Source: Blochmannia endosymbiont of Camponotus nipponensis (lineage in GTDB: Bacteria; Pseudomonadota; Gammaproteobacteria; Enterobacterales; Enterobacteriaceae). From it: a stretch of 32,000 nucleotides of DNA. Below are positions 1 through 7,972 of this stretch, in pieces (position 1 is the stretch's first letter; the number at the start of each line of letters is the position of its first letter). Made by a program: the position numbers and the translations under genes. A model generated the notes under the pieces. It did not search any database. It saw nothing but the letters and a program-made list of their open reading frames with translations, and was not told the origin of the DNA. The stretch is from assembly GCF_009827135.1 (NCBI RefSeq), contig NZ_CP046534.1:690001-722000 (forward strand), read 5' to 3'.

Positions 1-86
1 ATTTTATTTTTTCGTTTATCAGTATCGTAAATTTCTGATAAACCAAGAATTGGATCAGCAGGCGCCATTCTAATAGACTCAAACAT
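1..86 (-). CDS. aspC: Aspartate aminotransferase, N-terminal fragment (continues off the left edge)
   Basis: Reverse strand from ATG (complement of 84-86) reads [28 protein letters not shown]. This matches the E. coli AspC N-terminus as I recall it ([20 protein letters not shown]...). It is absent from the ORF track only because it is truncated. aspC lies upstream of asnS as in E. coli, with ompF missing. Confidence 0.8.
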   Translation of the reverse strand, partial: [28 protein letters not shown]

Positions 87-290
87 AACATACATCCGTA
101 TTTATTATAATATGCATAATTCTATATTTATATCAAAACTATTATTGTTTGCCAACTATTTATATTAAAATTTTTAATTTAAATATAAAATAATAATGGA
201 TATTATAGTTTGATATAGATATAACAGATTATTTTTAAATACTACAATTATATTTATTTTTATTTTATGTAAGTTTATATATAGATATTG

Positions 291-1700
291 TTAAAAGTTA
301 ATATTTTTTGATGTTCTGGGAAAAGGAATGACATCTCTAATATTTTTTATTCCTGTAACATATATCATGAGTCGTTCAAAACCTAGTCCAAATCCTGAAT
401 GAGGCACTGTTCCGTAGCGCCTCAAATCACGATACCACCAATAATTTTCTTGTGTTAGATTATTTTCTTGTAATCTCTGATCTAATTTATATAATCTTTC
501 TTCTCGTTGTGAACCTCCAATTATTTCCCCGATTCCAGGTAATAAAATATCCATAGATGCTACAGTTTTATTATCATCATTTAAACGCATATAAAAAGCT
601 TTGATGTTTTTTGGGTAGTTTTTTATTATTACGGGAGATTTAAAATATTCTTCCGATAAATATTTTTCATGTTCAGAGAACAAATTTTTTCCCCAGTGTA
701 TTGGGTTATTAAATCGTCTATTGCATGTTTTTAATAATTTTATCGCTTCGGTATATTCTATATGATTAAATTTAATATTAGTGCAATATTCTAAACGGGT
801 AATAATATTTGTGTCAATTTTTTTGACTAAGTATTGCATATCATCAGAACGAACGTTGAGGAGTGTTCTGATGATATCTTTTAATAAGAATTCGGCTAAA
901 ACAATAATATTATCTAAATTCATAAATGCAGCTTCTGGCTCTATCATCCAAAATTCAGCCAAATGTCGATTGGTATTAGAATATTCTGCTCTAAAAGTTG
1001 GACCAAAAGTATATACTTTTGTTAACGCACAAGCATAAGCTTCTGCATTTAATTGCCCCGATACTGTTAAAAAAGCCTTTTTACCAAAAAAATTACAGGT
1101 GTTATCATCAGTATGGTTTAATTTTTTTGGATTATGTAGAACATGTTGATTTTCTGAGGTAGACACGGAGAACATTTTGCTGCTTCCTTCAGTATCATAT
1201 GCGGTAATTATAGGAGTAGGAATCCATAGAAATCCTTTTTTGTGCATAAAGTTATGAATAGCTTGCGCTAAAGTATGCCTGATGCGAGTAACAGCACCAA
1301 TTATATTAGTACGTGGACGTAAATGAGAAACCTCACGTAAGTATTCCATAGTATGTTTTTTAGCAGTGATCGGGTAGGTACTAGGATTTTCTATCCATCC
1401 TAATATTTTAATTTTTTTTGCAATTACTTCAACGTTTTGTTTAATACCAATGGATTTAGTTATTGTTCCTACAACTATTATTGAACAGCCACTAGTTAGA
1501 CGTAATATTTCATTTTTATAATTATATAAATTGTCACATGCAATTATTTGTAATGGGGCTGTACAAGATCCATCGTATAAATCAAGGAAAGAAATTTTAG
1601 CCTTAGAATCTCGTCGAGTACGAATCCAACCTTGTATGGTAATTTCAGTATTTTTTGATATACATCCACATAATATATCTGCTATTGATACTAAATTCAT
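291..1700 (-). CDS. asnS: Asparagine--tRNA ligase
   Basis: ORF 291..1820 trimmed to Met41 (complement ATG 1698-1700), giving MNLVSIADIL... It is collinear end to end with E. coli AsnS (MSVVPVADVL...). Class II motifs are present: GPTFRAE, GFGLGFERL and the C-terminal VIPFPRT. Confidence 0.97.
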   Translation of the reverse strand: MNLVSIADILCGCISKNTEITIQGWIRTRRDSKAKISFLDLYDGSCTAPLQIIACDNLYNYKNEILRLTSGCSIIVVGTITKSIGIKQNVEVIAKKIKILGWIENPSTYPITAKKHTMEYLREVSHLRPRTNIIGAVTRIRHTLAQAIHNFMHKKGFLWIPTPIITAYDTEGSSKMFSVSTSENQHVLHNPKKLNHTDDNTCNFFGKKAFLTVSGQLNAEAYACALTKVYTFGPTFRAEYSNTNRHLAEFWMIEPEAAFMNLDNIIVLAEFLLKDIIRTLLNVRSDDMQYLVKKIDTNIITRLEYCTNIKFNHIEYTEAIKLLKTCNRRFNNPIHWGKNLFSEHEKYLSEEYFKSPVIIKNYPKNIKAFYMRLNDDNKTVASMDILLPGIGEIIGGSQREERLYKLDQRLQENNLTQENYWWYRDLRRYGTVPHSGFGLGFERLMIYVTGIKNIRDVIPFPRTSKNINF

Positions 1701-2002
1701 ACTATATCTCCAAATTTTTAAACTAACAGTATTTTTATGTTTCAGGCACATTACAAATTTAATGATCATGTACCAAAAATTGTATTCGAAATAATTGTAA
1801 TATATAATGAATAGCTGCATTTTTTATTTCTTTAAATTATATTTCTGATCCAAGTATAGAAATAATCATCATAACTTAATGCAGCACTTCATAAATGATA
1901 AATAATAATTATGTTTTTATATGAAATAAATGTAATTTTTTGATTACATTGGTTACTATGATGCATTAAAATTCAAAATATCTTATATTTTATGTACATA
2001 TT

Positions 2003-2521
2003 TCAAAATATTGTAGTTTTGTTAAATAACCCAACTTTTAAATCAATAGCAGTATAAATTATTTTTCCATCACATAATACTTCTCCGTCAGCCATACCCA
2101 TAGTAATTTTTCTGTTAATAATTCTTCGGAAGTGAATAAAATAAGTAACTTTTTTAGATGTAGGTAGAACTTGTCCAGTAAATTTTACTTCTTTTACTCC
2201 CAAAGCTCGTCCTTTACCTTCTCCTCCGATCCAACCAAGATAAAAACCTACTAGTTGCCACATAGCATCTAACCCTAAACATCCGGGCATGACTGGGTCT
2301 TTAATAAAATGGCAATTAAAAAACCACATATCTGATTGGATATCTAATTCTGCTTCTATAAACCCTTTATTATAATTACCTCCATTTTTAGTCATTTTTA
2401 TCACACGATCCATCATAAGCATATTAGGGGCTGGAAGTGTAGGTCCATTTTTTCCAAACAATTCACCTCTACTCGAAGCTAATAGATCTTCTTTTGTATA
2501 ATATTCACGTCTATTAAACAT
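2003..2521 (-). CDS. fabA: 3-hydroxydecanoyl-ACP dehydratase/isomerase
   Basis: ORF trimmed to Met20 (complement ATG 2519-2521), giving 172 aa, the same length as E. coli FabA. Near-identical blocks include [49 protein letters not shown] (active-site His/Asp region) and [17 protein letters not shown]. Confidence 0.97.
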   Translation of the reverse strand: MFNRREYYTKEDLLASSRGELFGKNGPTLPAPNMLMMDRVIKMTKNGGNYNKGFIEAELDIQSDMWFFNCHFIKDPVMPGCLGLDAMWQLVGFYLGWIGGEGKGRALGVKEVKFTGQVLPTSKKVTYFIHFRRIINRKITMGMADGEVLCDGKIIYTAIDLKVGLFNKTTIF

Positions 2522-3316
2522 AGTACATCTCATCCTATGAATATACTTACTTATATTAATAATAATTAAATGTGACATTTATTGCATGTGATCATACTCC
2601 ATATATGTGTGATGCAGCATTGATGAAAAAATTTTGTTTTAATAAAAGTTTCGATCATTATGTTTTAATGAGATTTAGGATAATATACAAAATTTAATGT
2701 TTCATTTTATTATATTTGTTATAGTCTGAAAACATTATTATTTATTAAATATATAGCAATTTATTTTAATGAAACAATTATATATGATATATATGACTTA
2801 TAATCGTAAGTATTTTATGTGTAAAACATAACTGTCAATAATGTCATCAATTATATAAATATGTATGTTACATGAAACATTTTTATTGAATATCATTAAT
2901 ATAATTGTGTGTGCATATATAGTATTCTATAAAAATTAATTTGTATCAGGTTAATCTATGAATATAGATCATAATAAAAACAATGTTAATTATAATGATA
3001 ATTATTTATAATTTTGATATATATCATATATATTTATAATAATGGCAGTTCAAATTTTGAAAAAGTAATTGGTATATTTAGGATAATGATATCATTTGTA
3101 CAATACAGATGAAAGATTACTTGACTATATATGCTGTTAGATTTAATTGTTTATTATAATTGTTATTTAAGTTTAATGCGCATTAACAGGTATATCTAAT
3201 GATTTTAAAAATTGTTATCTCATTTTATTATATTTATGTTATGAATATAATTATTAAAAATAGGATGGTATCGCCGTGTAGTAATGTGTTTTTATACAAG
3301 TTATGTGATGTAAATG

Positions 3317-3634
3317 TTAATTCCTTAATCGTGGTGTTTTCAGTTGTAAACGAATGGATTCAGAAAGCTCATCTAAAGTTGTTTTCTCTAGATGTGTGAG
3401 AACATTTTCATATCCTAATTGTACTTCTGCTAAGTAAGTGTGTATGGGTTTTCCTTCTTCGTCTTCCATTACAACATGATACCATGGTGATTTTCGTAGG
3501 GTGTCATTTTTTGTAACTTCATCTAACGTGGGTTTTTCAAGAGAATATTCGGGGTCTATATCTATTATCACCCCTAAGTATCCTAATAGTTTATGTCGAA
3601 CTTGTTGTCCTATACCAAATTTACTAGCTATCAT
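3317..3634 (-). CDS. hspQ: Heat-shock protein HspQ (YccV, hemimethylated-DNA-binding domain)
   Basis: [28 protein letters not shown]...PWYHVVMED...PRLRN matches E. coli HspQ over the full 105 aa. The start is moved to ATG (complement 3632-3634) because an AAGGAG Shine-Dalgarno (complement 3640-3645) sits 5 nt upstream. The track start at 3640 is a GTG inside that SD. Confidence 0.9.
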   Translation of the reverse strand: MIASKFGIGQQVRHKLLGYLGVIIDIDPEYSLEKPTLDEVTKNDTLRKSPWYHVVMEDEEGKPIHTYLAEVQLGYENVLTHLEKTTLDELSESIRLQLKTPRLRN

Positions 3635-3639
3635 GAACA

Positions 3640-3645
3640 CTCCTT
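3640..3645 (-). promoter_or_regulatory. Shine-Dalgarno AAGGAG of hspQ
   Basis: The complement of ctcctt at 3640-3645 is AAGGAG, with a 5-nt spacer to the ATG. Confidence 0.7.
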
Positions 3646-3847
3646 AAAATTATATTATTTATTAGACATAATGAAGTAGATATGGGATAAGATGATAAAA
3701 TCAAGGGTAAATTATTATTAAGTAGATCTGATGTAAATAAAAATTATCATGCTTTAATGTTGAGTAAATTTAACAGGTATTAGTATAAATTTTAACAACG
3801 TTTAATTAAGTAATTTAGCTTAATTTTTAAAATCGTTATTTGTTGTA

Positions 3848-4177
3848 TTATAAACATTTAATGGGTTTAGGTAGACCTGAAATCTTTGCAATTTTTTGAG
3901 CCGCAGATCCTTTTGGAAATAATTGAGCAAGATACTGGCTATTTCCTTTTTCTTTGCCGTATTTAAGTGCTATAGCGCTAATTAATAGTCTGATTTTTGG
4001 TAGCGTATTAAATTCTTCATAGAATTTTCGCACGAAATATATAATTTCCCAATGTATTGCATTAAGTACAATACCGTCTAGTTTAGCGATTTTTATTGCA
4101 ATTTTTTCATTCCAATCTTCAATGTGCATAAGATATCCTTGTGCATCCGTATTAGCGTTTATTTGGTTTTTTTGCAT
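3848..4177 (-). CDS. tusE: Sulfurtransferase TusE (DsrC family) of the 2-thiouridine sulfur relay
   Basis: ORF trimmed to Met11 (complement ATG 4175-4177), giving 109 aa as in E. coli TusE (YccK). Matching blocks include GYL...W, HWEIIYFVRKFYEEFNT.P.IR, GNSQYL..LFPKG and the C-terminal GLPKPIKCL with the conserved Cys. An AAGGA lies upstream. Confidence 0.9.
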   Translation of the reverse strand: MQKNQINANTDAQGYLMHIEDWNEKIAIKIAKLDGIVLNAIHWEIIYFVRKFYEEFNTLPKIRLLISAIALKYGKEKGNSQYLAQLFPKGSAAQKIAKISGLPKPIKCL

Positions 4178-4548
4178 AAATTGTTCCTTTTGAGTACGGT
4201 GTAGCAATTATCATTATTATTGCACCATAATATACAGAAAATAAAAAATAATTTTTGGATTTAAATATAATTGCAATATATCGTAATTTACGAGCATATG
4301 TATTTTTACAATAATAAATTTTCTTAAATTTTACTATATATTATATACTATATATATAGTTATATATATAATCTAATAATAAACTTAAAAATATAGTTTT
4401 TATCAGTTATAAGAATTATCTAATTCAAAATTTGATATTAATTTAAGTATGAAAATTTATAATTTGTAATATTAGTTGTGATCATGTAAACGTATATGCG
4501 TGATATGCGTTAAAATAGTAGCATTGATTTTATTATTTAAAATATTTT

Positions 4549-4632
4549 GGAGGAGTGGCCGAGTGGTTTAAGGCGCCGGTCTTGAAAATCGGTAATGAAA
4601 AACGTTCTAGAGTTCGAATCTCTACTCCTCCG
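4549..4632 (+). tRNA. serT: tRNA-Ser (anticodon UGA), long variable arm, no encoded CCA
   Basis: It folds by hand as GGAGGAG/CTCCTCC acceptor, GCCG..GGCG D arm, CCGGT-CTTGAAA-ATCGG anticodon arm (UGA), a long variable arm, and TAGAG-TTCGAAT-CTCTA T arm with discriminator G. It is close to E. coli serT. It is followed by AAAA rather than CCA. Confidence 0.95.
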
Positions 4633-4643
4633 AAAATTTTTGT

Positions 4644-4670
4644 TACTCATTAGGTCTAATGAGTATTTTT
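4644..4670 (+). terminator. Intrinsic terminator after tRNA-Ser
   Basis: A perfect 9-bp stem, tactcatta (4644-4652) / taatgagta (4657-4665), with loop ggtc, is followed directly by TTTTT (4666-4670). Confidence 0.6.
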
Positions 4671-4939
4671 GTGTACTTTAATTAAGTACAAAATAACTAA
4701 TATTTTTGTTAGTTTTAGAGCTGTGATAAAAATGTATTATTTTCTAAATTTTTATTTACTGTCAATTAACATAGTTTGTTATTTTTATCATATATGAAGA
4801 TTATATATGAAGAGAGATATCCCGAAATTTTATATTTTAATTCTTTAGTGATGTGATAAACATATATTAATATTGAAAAATTTAAAAGATTTTATTAGTT
4901 TGTTGAGCATGAAAATAATTATTTATCTCATAAATTTAT

Positions 4940-5013
4940 TGGGTCGTGTAGGATTTGAACCTACAACCAATTGATTAAGAGTCAACTGCTCTGCCATTTT
5001 GAGCTAACGACCC
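4940..5013 (-). tRNA. tRNA-Lys with anticodon CUU, no encoded CCA
   Basis: The reverse complement is GGGTCGT TA GCTC AAAATGGCA GAGC A GTTGA CTCTTAA TCAAT TGGTT GTAGG TTCAAAT CCTAC ACGACCC A (74 nt). The backbone is almost that of E. coli tRNA-Lys(UUU), but the anticodon loop reads C-U-C-U-U-A-A, so positions 34-36 are CUU. Confidence 0.9.
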
Positions 5014-5103
5014 AAATTATATTTTGGAACATATTGTCATATTATTACTAATACTACATTTTGCAGTGTTTATTGCATTGAAATAATAATGACTGTTATA
5101 TAT

Positions 5104-5147
5104 CATATTTTTGTTAAATTATCTAAAGATAATTTAACAAAAATATG
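5104..5147. repeat. Perfect 44-bp palindrome (21-bp arms, 2-nt centre)
   Basis: catatttttgttaaattatct (5104-5124), aa, agataatttaacaaaaatatg (5127-5147). I checked all 21 positions and each pairs. It lies in the divergent spacer between tRNA-Lys (-) and pgsA (+). Confidence 0.9.
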
Positions 5148-5436
5148 TGTGCTATATATAGATTATAAATATTTGTGTTTATTATATTAATTATTGTAAT
5201 TCTAATTTTATTTTATTGTTTCTTCAGCCTAATGATAAAAATAATTAACAACGAGATTTGTTATAAATATCTTCTGGTGTAGGATATATAGTGGTATAGT
5301 TGGTCTTAATTATTGAAAATATATTGATATATCTTATATATTTTATAAGAATATTCATGTGTGAGTGCACATTCTTAATATGTAGTTTTTTAGTTGTAAT
5401 ATTACAATTGTGTTAAATTGTCTGTTTTTATATGCT

Positions 5437-5988
5437 ATGAATTTTATTAATATACCAACGTATTTTACTTTATTTCGTGTTGTGGTAGTGCCATTTTTTA
5501 CAGTGGTATTTTACTTGCCTATGAGTTGGGCGTCAATGGTATGTACTGTTATATTTTTTATTGCGGCTGTTACAGATTGGTTTGATGGTTTTTTGGCTCG
5601 TCGTTGGCAACAAACTACTAGCTTCGGTAAATTTTTAGATCCAGTAGCAGATAAAGTTATGATAGTTGCAGCACTTATTTTAATAGCTGAACATTTTCAT
5701 GTATGGTGGATTACGTTACCATCCTCTGTTATGATTATTCGTGAAGTGATTATATTAGCTTTACGTGAATGGGTAGCTGAAATTGGGAGTCGTAATGAAA
5801 TTAGAATATCTTGGATTAGTAAGATTAAAACATTTGTGCAAATGTTAGCTTTAACTGCATTATTATGGAGTCCTGATGAATGGATAGTAATGACAGGAAT
5901 TATTTCGTTATATGTTGCTGTTTTATTAACATTTTGGTCTATGTGTCTTTATTTATATGCTGCACGGCATGACTTGTTCGGTTATTGA
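5437..5988 (+). CDS. pgsA: CDP-diacylglycerol--glycerol-3-phosphate 3-phosphatidyltransferase
   Basis: ORF trimmed to ATG 5437 ([15 protein letters not shown]... versus E. coli MQFNIPTLLTLFRV...). The CDP-alcohol phosphotransferase motif [11 protein letters not shown]...G.FLDPVADK is present. 183 aa versus 182 aa. Confidence 0.95.
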   Translation: MNFINIPTYFTLFRVVVVPFFTVVFYLPMSWASMVCTVIFFIAAVTDWFDGFLARRWQQTTSFGKFLDPVADKVMIVAALILIAEHFHVWWITLPSSVMIIREVIILALREWVAEIGSRNEIRISWISKIKTFVQMLALTALLWSPDEWIVMTGIISLYVAVLLTFWSMCLYLYAARHDLFGY

Positions 5989-6217
5989 TTGCTATATAAA
6001 TAAAATATTTTTAAAGGTTACAATTTAATATTTTCTGTAATTTAATTAATATAAATATTTGTTAATGTTGTAGCGTATATGATTATGTATATACTTTTTT
6101 GAGTAGGTAGCATAGTACTGATTTTAAATATCTCTCATATAAGAGATGTGTATTTATTTTTTAAAAATAAAGAAAATGGTTTTATGGAGATCGTTTGTTT
6201 ACTATATTAAAGATCTT

Positions 6218-6247
6218 CACATTATTCAGTTATTCAGGAATAATGTG
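6218..6247. repeat. 10-bp perfect inverted repeat with 10-nt spacer, between pgsA and tRNA-Cys
   Basis: cacattattc (6218-6227) and gaataatgtg (6238-6247). The spacer agttattcag partly repeats the left arm (tattcag twice). Confidence 0.7.
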
Positions 6248-6339
6248 TATTATTATATAGATATATATGAAATTGTGATTATATATTGATTTGATTGTAT
6301 TAATTTTTATGATATGCTTCTAGCCAATTTTTTTCATCA

Positions 6340-6410
6340 GGCGCGTTGGCAGAGTGGTTATGCGGCAGATTGCAAATCTGTATAGCTCGGTTCAATTCCG
6401 AGGCGCGCCT
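6340..6410 (+). tRNA. cysT: tRNA-Cys (GCA), no encoded CCA
   Basis: GGCGCGT..GCGCGCC acceptor, anticodon arm GCAGA-TTGCAAA-TCTGT, T arm CTCGG-TTCAATT-CCGAG, discriminator T. It resembles E. coli cysT. It is followed by TTTG. Confidence 0.95.
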
Positions 6411-6424
6411 TTTGATGATGAATA

Positions 6425-6506
6425 GCCCGGGTGGTGGAATTGGCAGACACAAGGGACTTAAAATCCCTCGGTTTTATCCGTACGAGTTCAAATCTCGTCC
6501 CGGGTA
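6425..6506 (+). tRNA. leuZ: tRNA-Leu (UAA), long variable arm, no encoded CCA
   Basis: GCCCGGGTGGTGGAATTGGCAGACACAAGGGACTTAAAATCCCTCGG...ACGAGTTCAAATCTCGTCCCGGGTA. The anticodon loop is CTTAAAA (UAA). It is close to E. coli leuZ, and the pgsA-cysT-leuZ order is as in E. coli but without glyW. Confidence 0.95.
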
Positions 6507-6655
6507 ATTTTCAGAATAATATGTAGTACGTAGAAAAAATTTTGGAATATTAGAGACGGTTTTTATTTAAAAAAATAATCATTAGTCGTGTTTTAATGTA
6601 TTTGTACCATACAATGATACATATAAATATACCAGTTTTTTTGTGATAATTATTT

Positions 6656-7596
6656 TTAATTTTTGGAAAATCTGCGTGTAATGTTTGTCGGTATACCGGA
6701 ACGGTCTTTTATTGCTTGATGTACTATTTTATAGTCTATATTTGAATCATCTGTTAATATAGATTGTATTTTTTTTTTTAAATATGCTGTTATTGATTCT
6801 TCTGAGGGATTTTCTTCATTAATGCAAGATAATGGATTATGAATTTCTATATATTGCATGCCATTTGCTTCAATAGTGCTTTTTACGGGTTCGTTGATAA
6901 ATCGCACTTTAGTGCCGACAGGAACAATATGAAAAAGATATTCAATGTCTTGAGGGCGTAATCTGATACAACCACGAGTGATTCTAAGACCTATTCCAAA
7001 ATTTTTATTAGTTCCATGAATTGCATAGTTTTTTTCTAAATATAACGCATATAACCCCATGGGATTGTTAGGACCTGCTGGGAAAATTGTGGGCAGTATT
7101 TCTCCATGTTTAATATATTCATTACGCATATTTTTTGTAGGAATCCAAATTGGATTTTTTTTTTATATTTAATTGAGGTCATCCAGTTAGATGGTGTTGC
7201 ATGTTTAACTGTTCCAATAGCTATCGGTAATACAATGACAATATTGTTGTTTTCAGGGTAATAGTATAATCGCATTTCAGCGCTATTAATCACAACACCT
7301 AAACGAGGTGTATTTGGTAAAATCAATTGATGTGGAATTATTAGGCGTTTTTCTGAATCTGGAAGATATACGTCAACATTTGGATTGGCTTCCAACATAT
7401 TACTTATTCCTACTTGGAAGTGTTCAGAGAAAAATTCAAGAGAATGTATGTTATTTTTAGGCGTAAAAATTTCTATATTTTCTCCTATTAACCTGTTATT
7501 GGGATCAGGCAGTAAGTAAACAGTTGCAGAAGTAAAAGAATGATATAAACCCATGATAATATATATCGAATGATAGAAAAATACCTTTATATTCAT
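6656..7596 (-). pseudogene. ldtB: L,D-transpeptidase (YkuD domain; YbiS/ErfK-like) interrupted by one frameshift in an A10 tract
   Basis: Track ORFs 7036..7596 (signal peptide, ISNMLEANPNVD, VINSAEMRLYYYP, PIAIG) and 6656..7129 (PAGPNNPMGLYALY, AIHGTNKNFGIGLRITRGCIRL with the catalytic Cys, RFINEPVK) are the N- and C-terminal parts of one YbiS-like protein in different frames. The frames meet at T10 on the + strand (7155-7164). With A11 or A8 the product would read ...SIKYKKKNPIWIPTKNMRNEY..., which aligns with E. coli ...ERKKAGPTWTPTAKMHAEY... Confidence 0.85.
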
Positions 7597-7840
7597 ATTT
7601 ATTTACTTTAGATCAAATATCTATATTTTATGCTATGAAGATAGGTGTTATATAAACTTATTGTTTAATACTTTAGAGTGTTGAGTGAACTTATAATAAA
7701 TCAATTTAATTCATCCATTATATCATAAAATTATAAGAAAATTTCAATAATATATAATAAATTTATTTTAGCTGATTTTGCAATGATTTCTAAGGTGAAT
7801 AATAATATTTTTAATAAATTTAATAATTAATATCTAATTT

Positions 7841-7878
7841 AACAATACGTATCAGAAATTTTTCTGTTACGTATTGTT
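7841..7878 (-). other. Long hairpin between lpxL stop and ldt start (possible terminator or processing site)
   Basis: In aacaatacgtatcagaaatttttctgttacgtattgtt, 17 of 18 positions pair (11 bp, one T:T mismatch, 6 bp). It lies 95 nt downstream of the lpxL stop on the transcribed strand. No U-tract follows, so the terminator call is weak. Confidence 0.4.
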
Positions 7879-7972
7879 TATTAATTGTGTGCTTTATTGA
7901 ATTAAATATTGTGAATGCATATAGTATTATGTGTTTATTGATTTATGTATAAGTGATGTTATTTATTATTAA

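Noticed and set aside
781-1794. Track ORFs 781..1038 (+) and 1531..1794 (+), antisense to asnS
   Set aside because: They lie entirely inside the strongly supported asnS CDS on the opposite strand. Their low-complexity translations resemble nothing I recognise. These are typical shadow ORFs.
291-1820. N-terminal extensions given by the ORF track for asnS, fabA, hspQ, tusE, pgsA, lpxL, rne, rluC, rpmF, ycfH, lolC and lolD
   Set aside because: In each case an internal ATG aligns exactly with the E. coli N-terminus, and for several of them an SD-like sequence lies upstream. The extensions are AT-rich read-through from upstream alternative start codons.
3199-3399. Intergenic track ORFs 3199..3399, 13947..14204, 27869..28075 and 31640..31852
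   Set aside because: Their translations are I/Y/N/F/K-rich strings typical of random AT-rich DNA. They have no SD and no similarity to known families. 3199..3399 also overlaps the 3' end of hspQ on the other strand.
4334-4371. Possible microsatellite or CRISPR-like repeats: (TA)n-rich runs at 4334-4371 and 31519-31532, and a tandem atatatgaaga repeat at 4790-4800 / 4803-4813
   Set aside because: These are short, low-complexity and of the kind expected in spacers this AT-rich. There is no repeat-spacer periodicity, no cas genes and no terminal inverted repeats or transposase.
6656-7596. The idea that the two ldt ORFs are separate genes or a programmed two-protein arrangement
   Set aside because: The split falls in the middle of the family alignment, and the downstream ORF's Met is an internal residue (PTKNMRNEY versus E. 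coli PTAKMHAEY). A single frameshift in a homopolymer explains everything.
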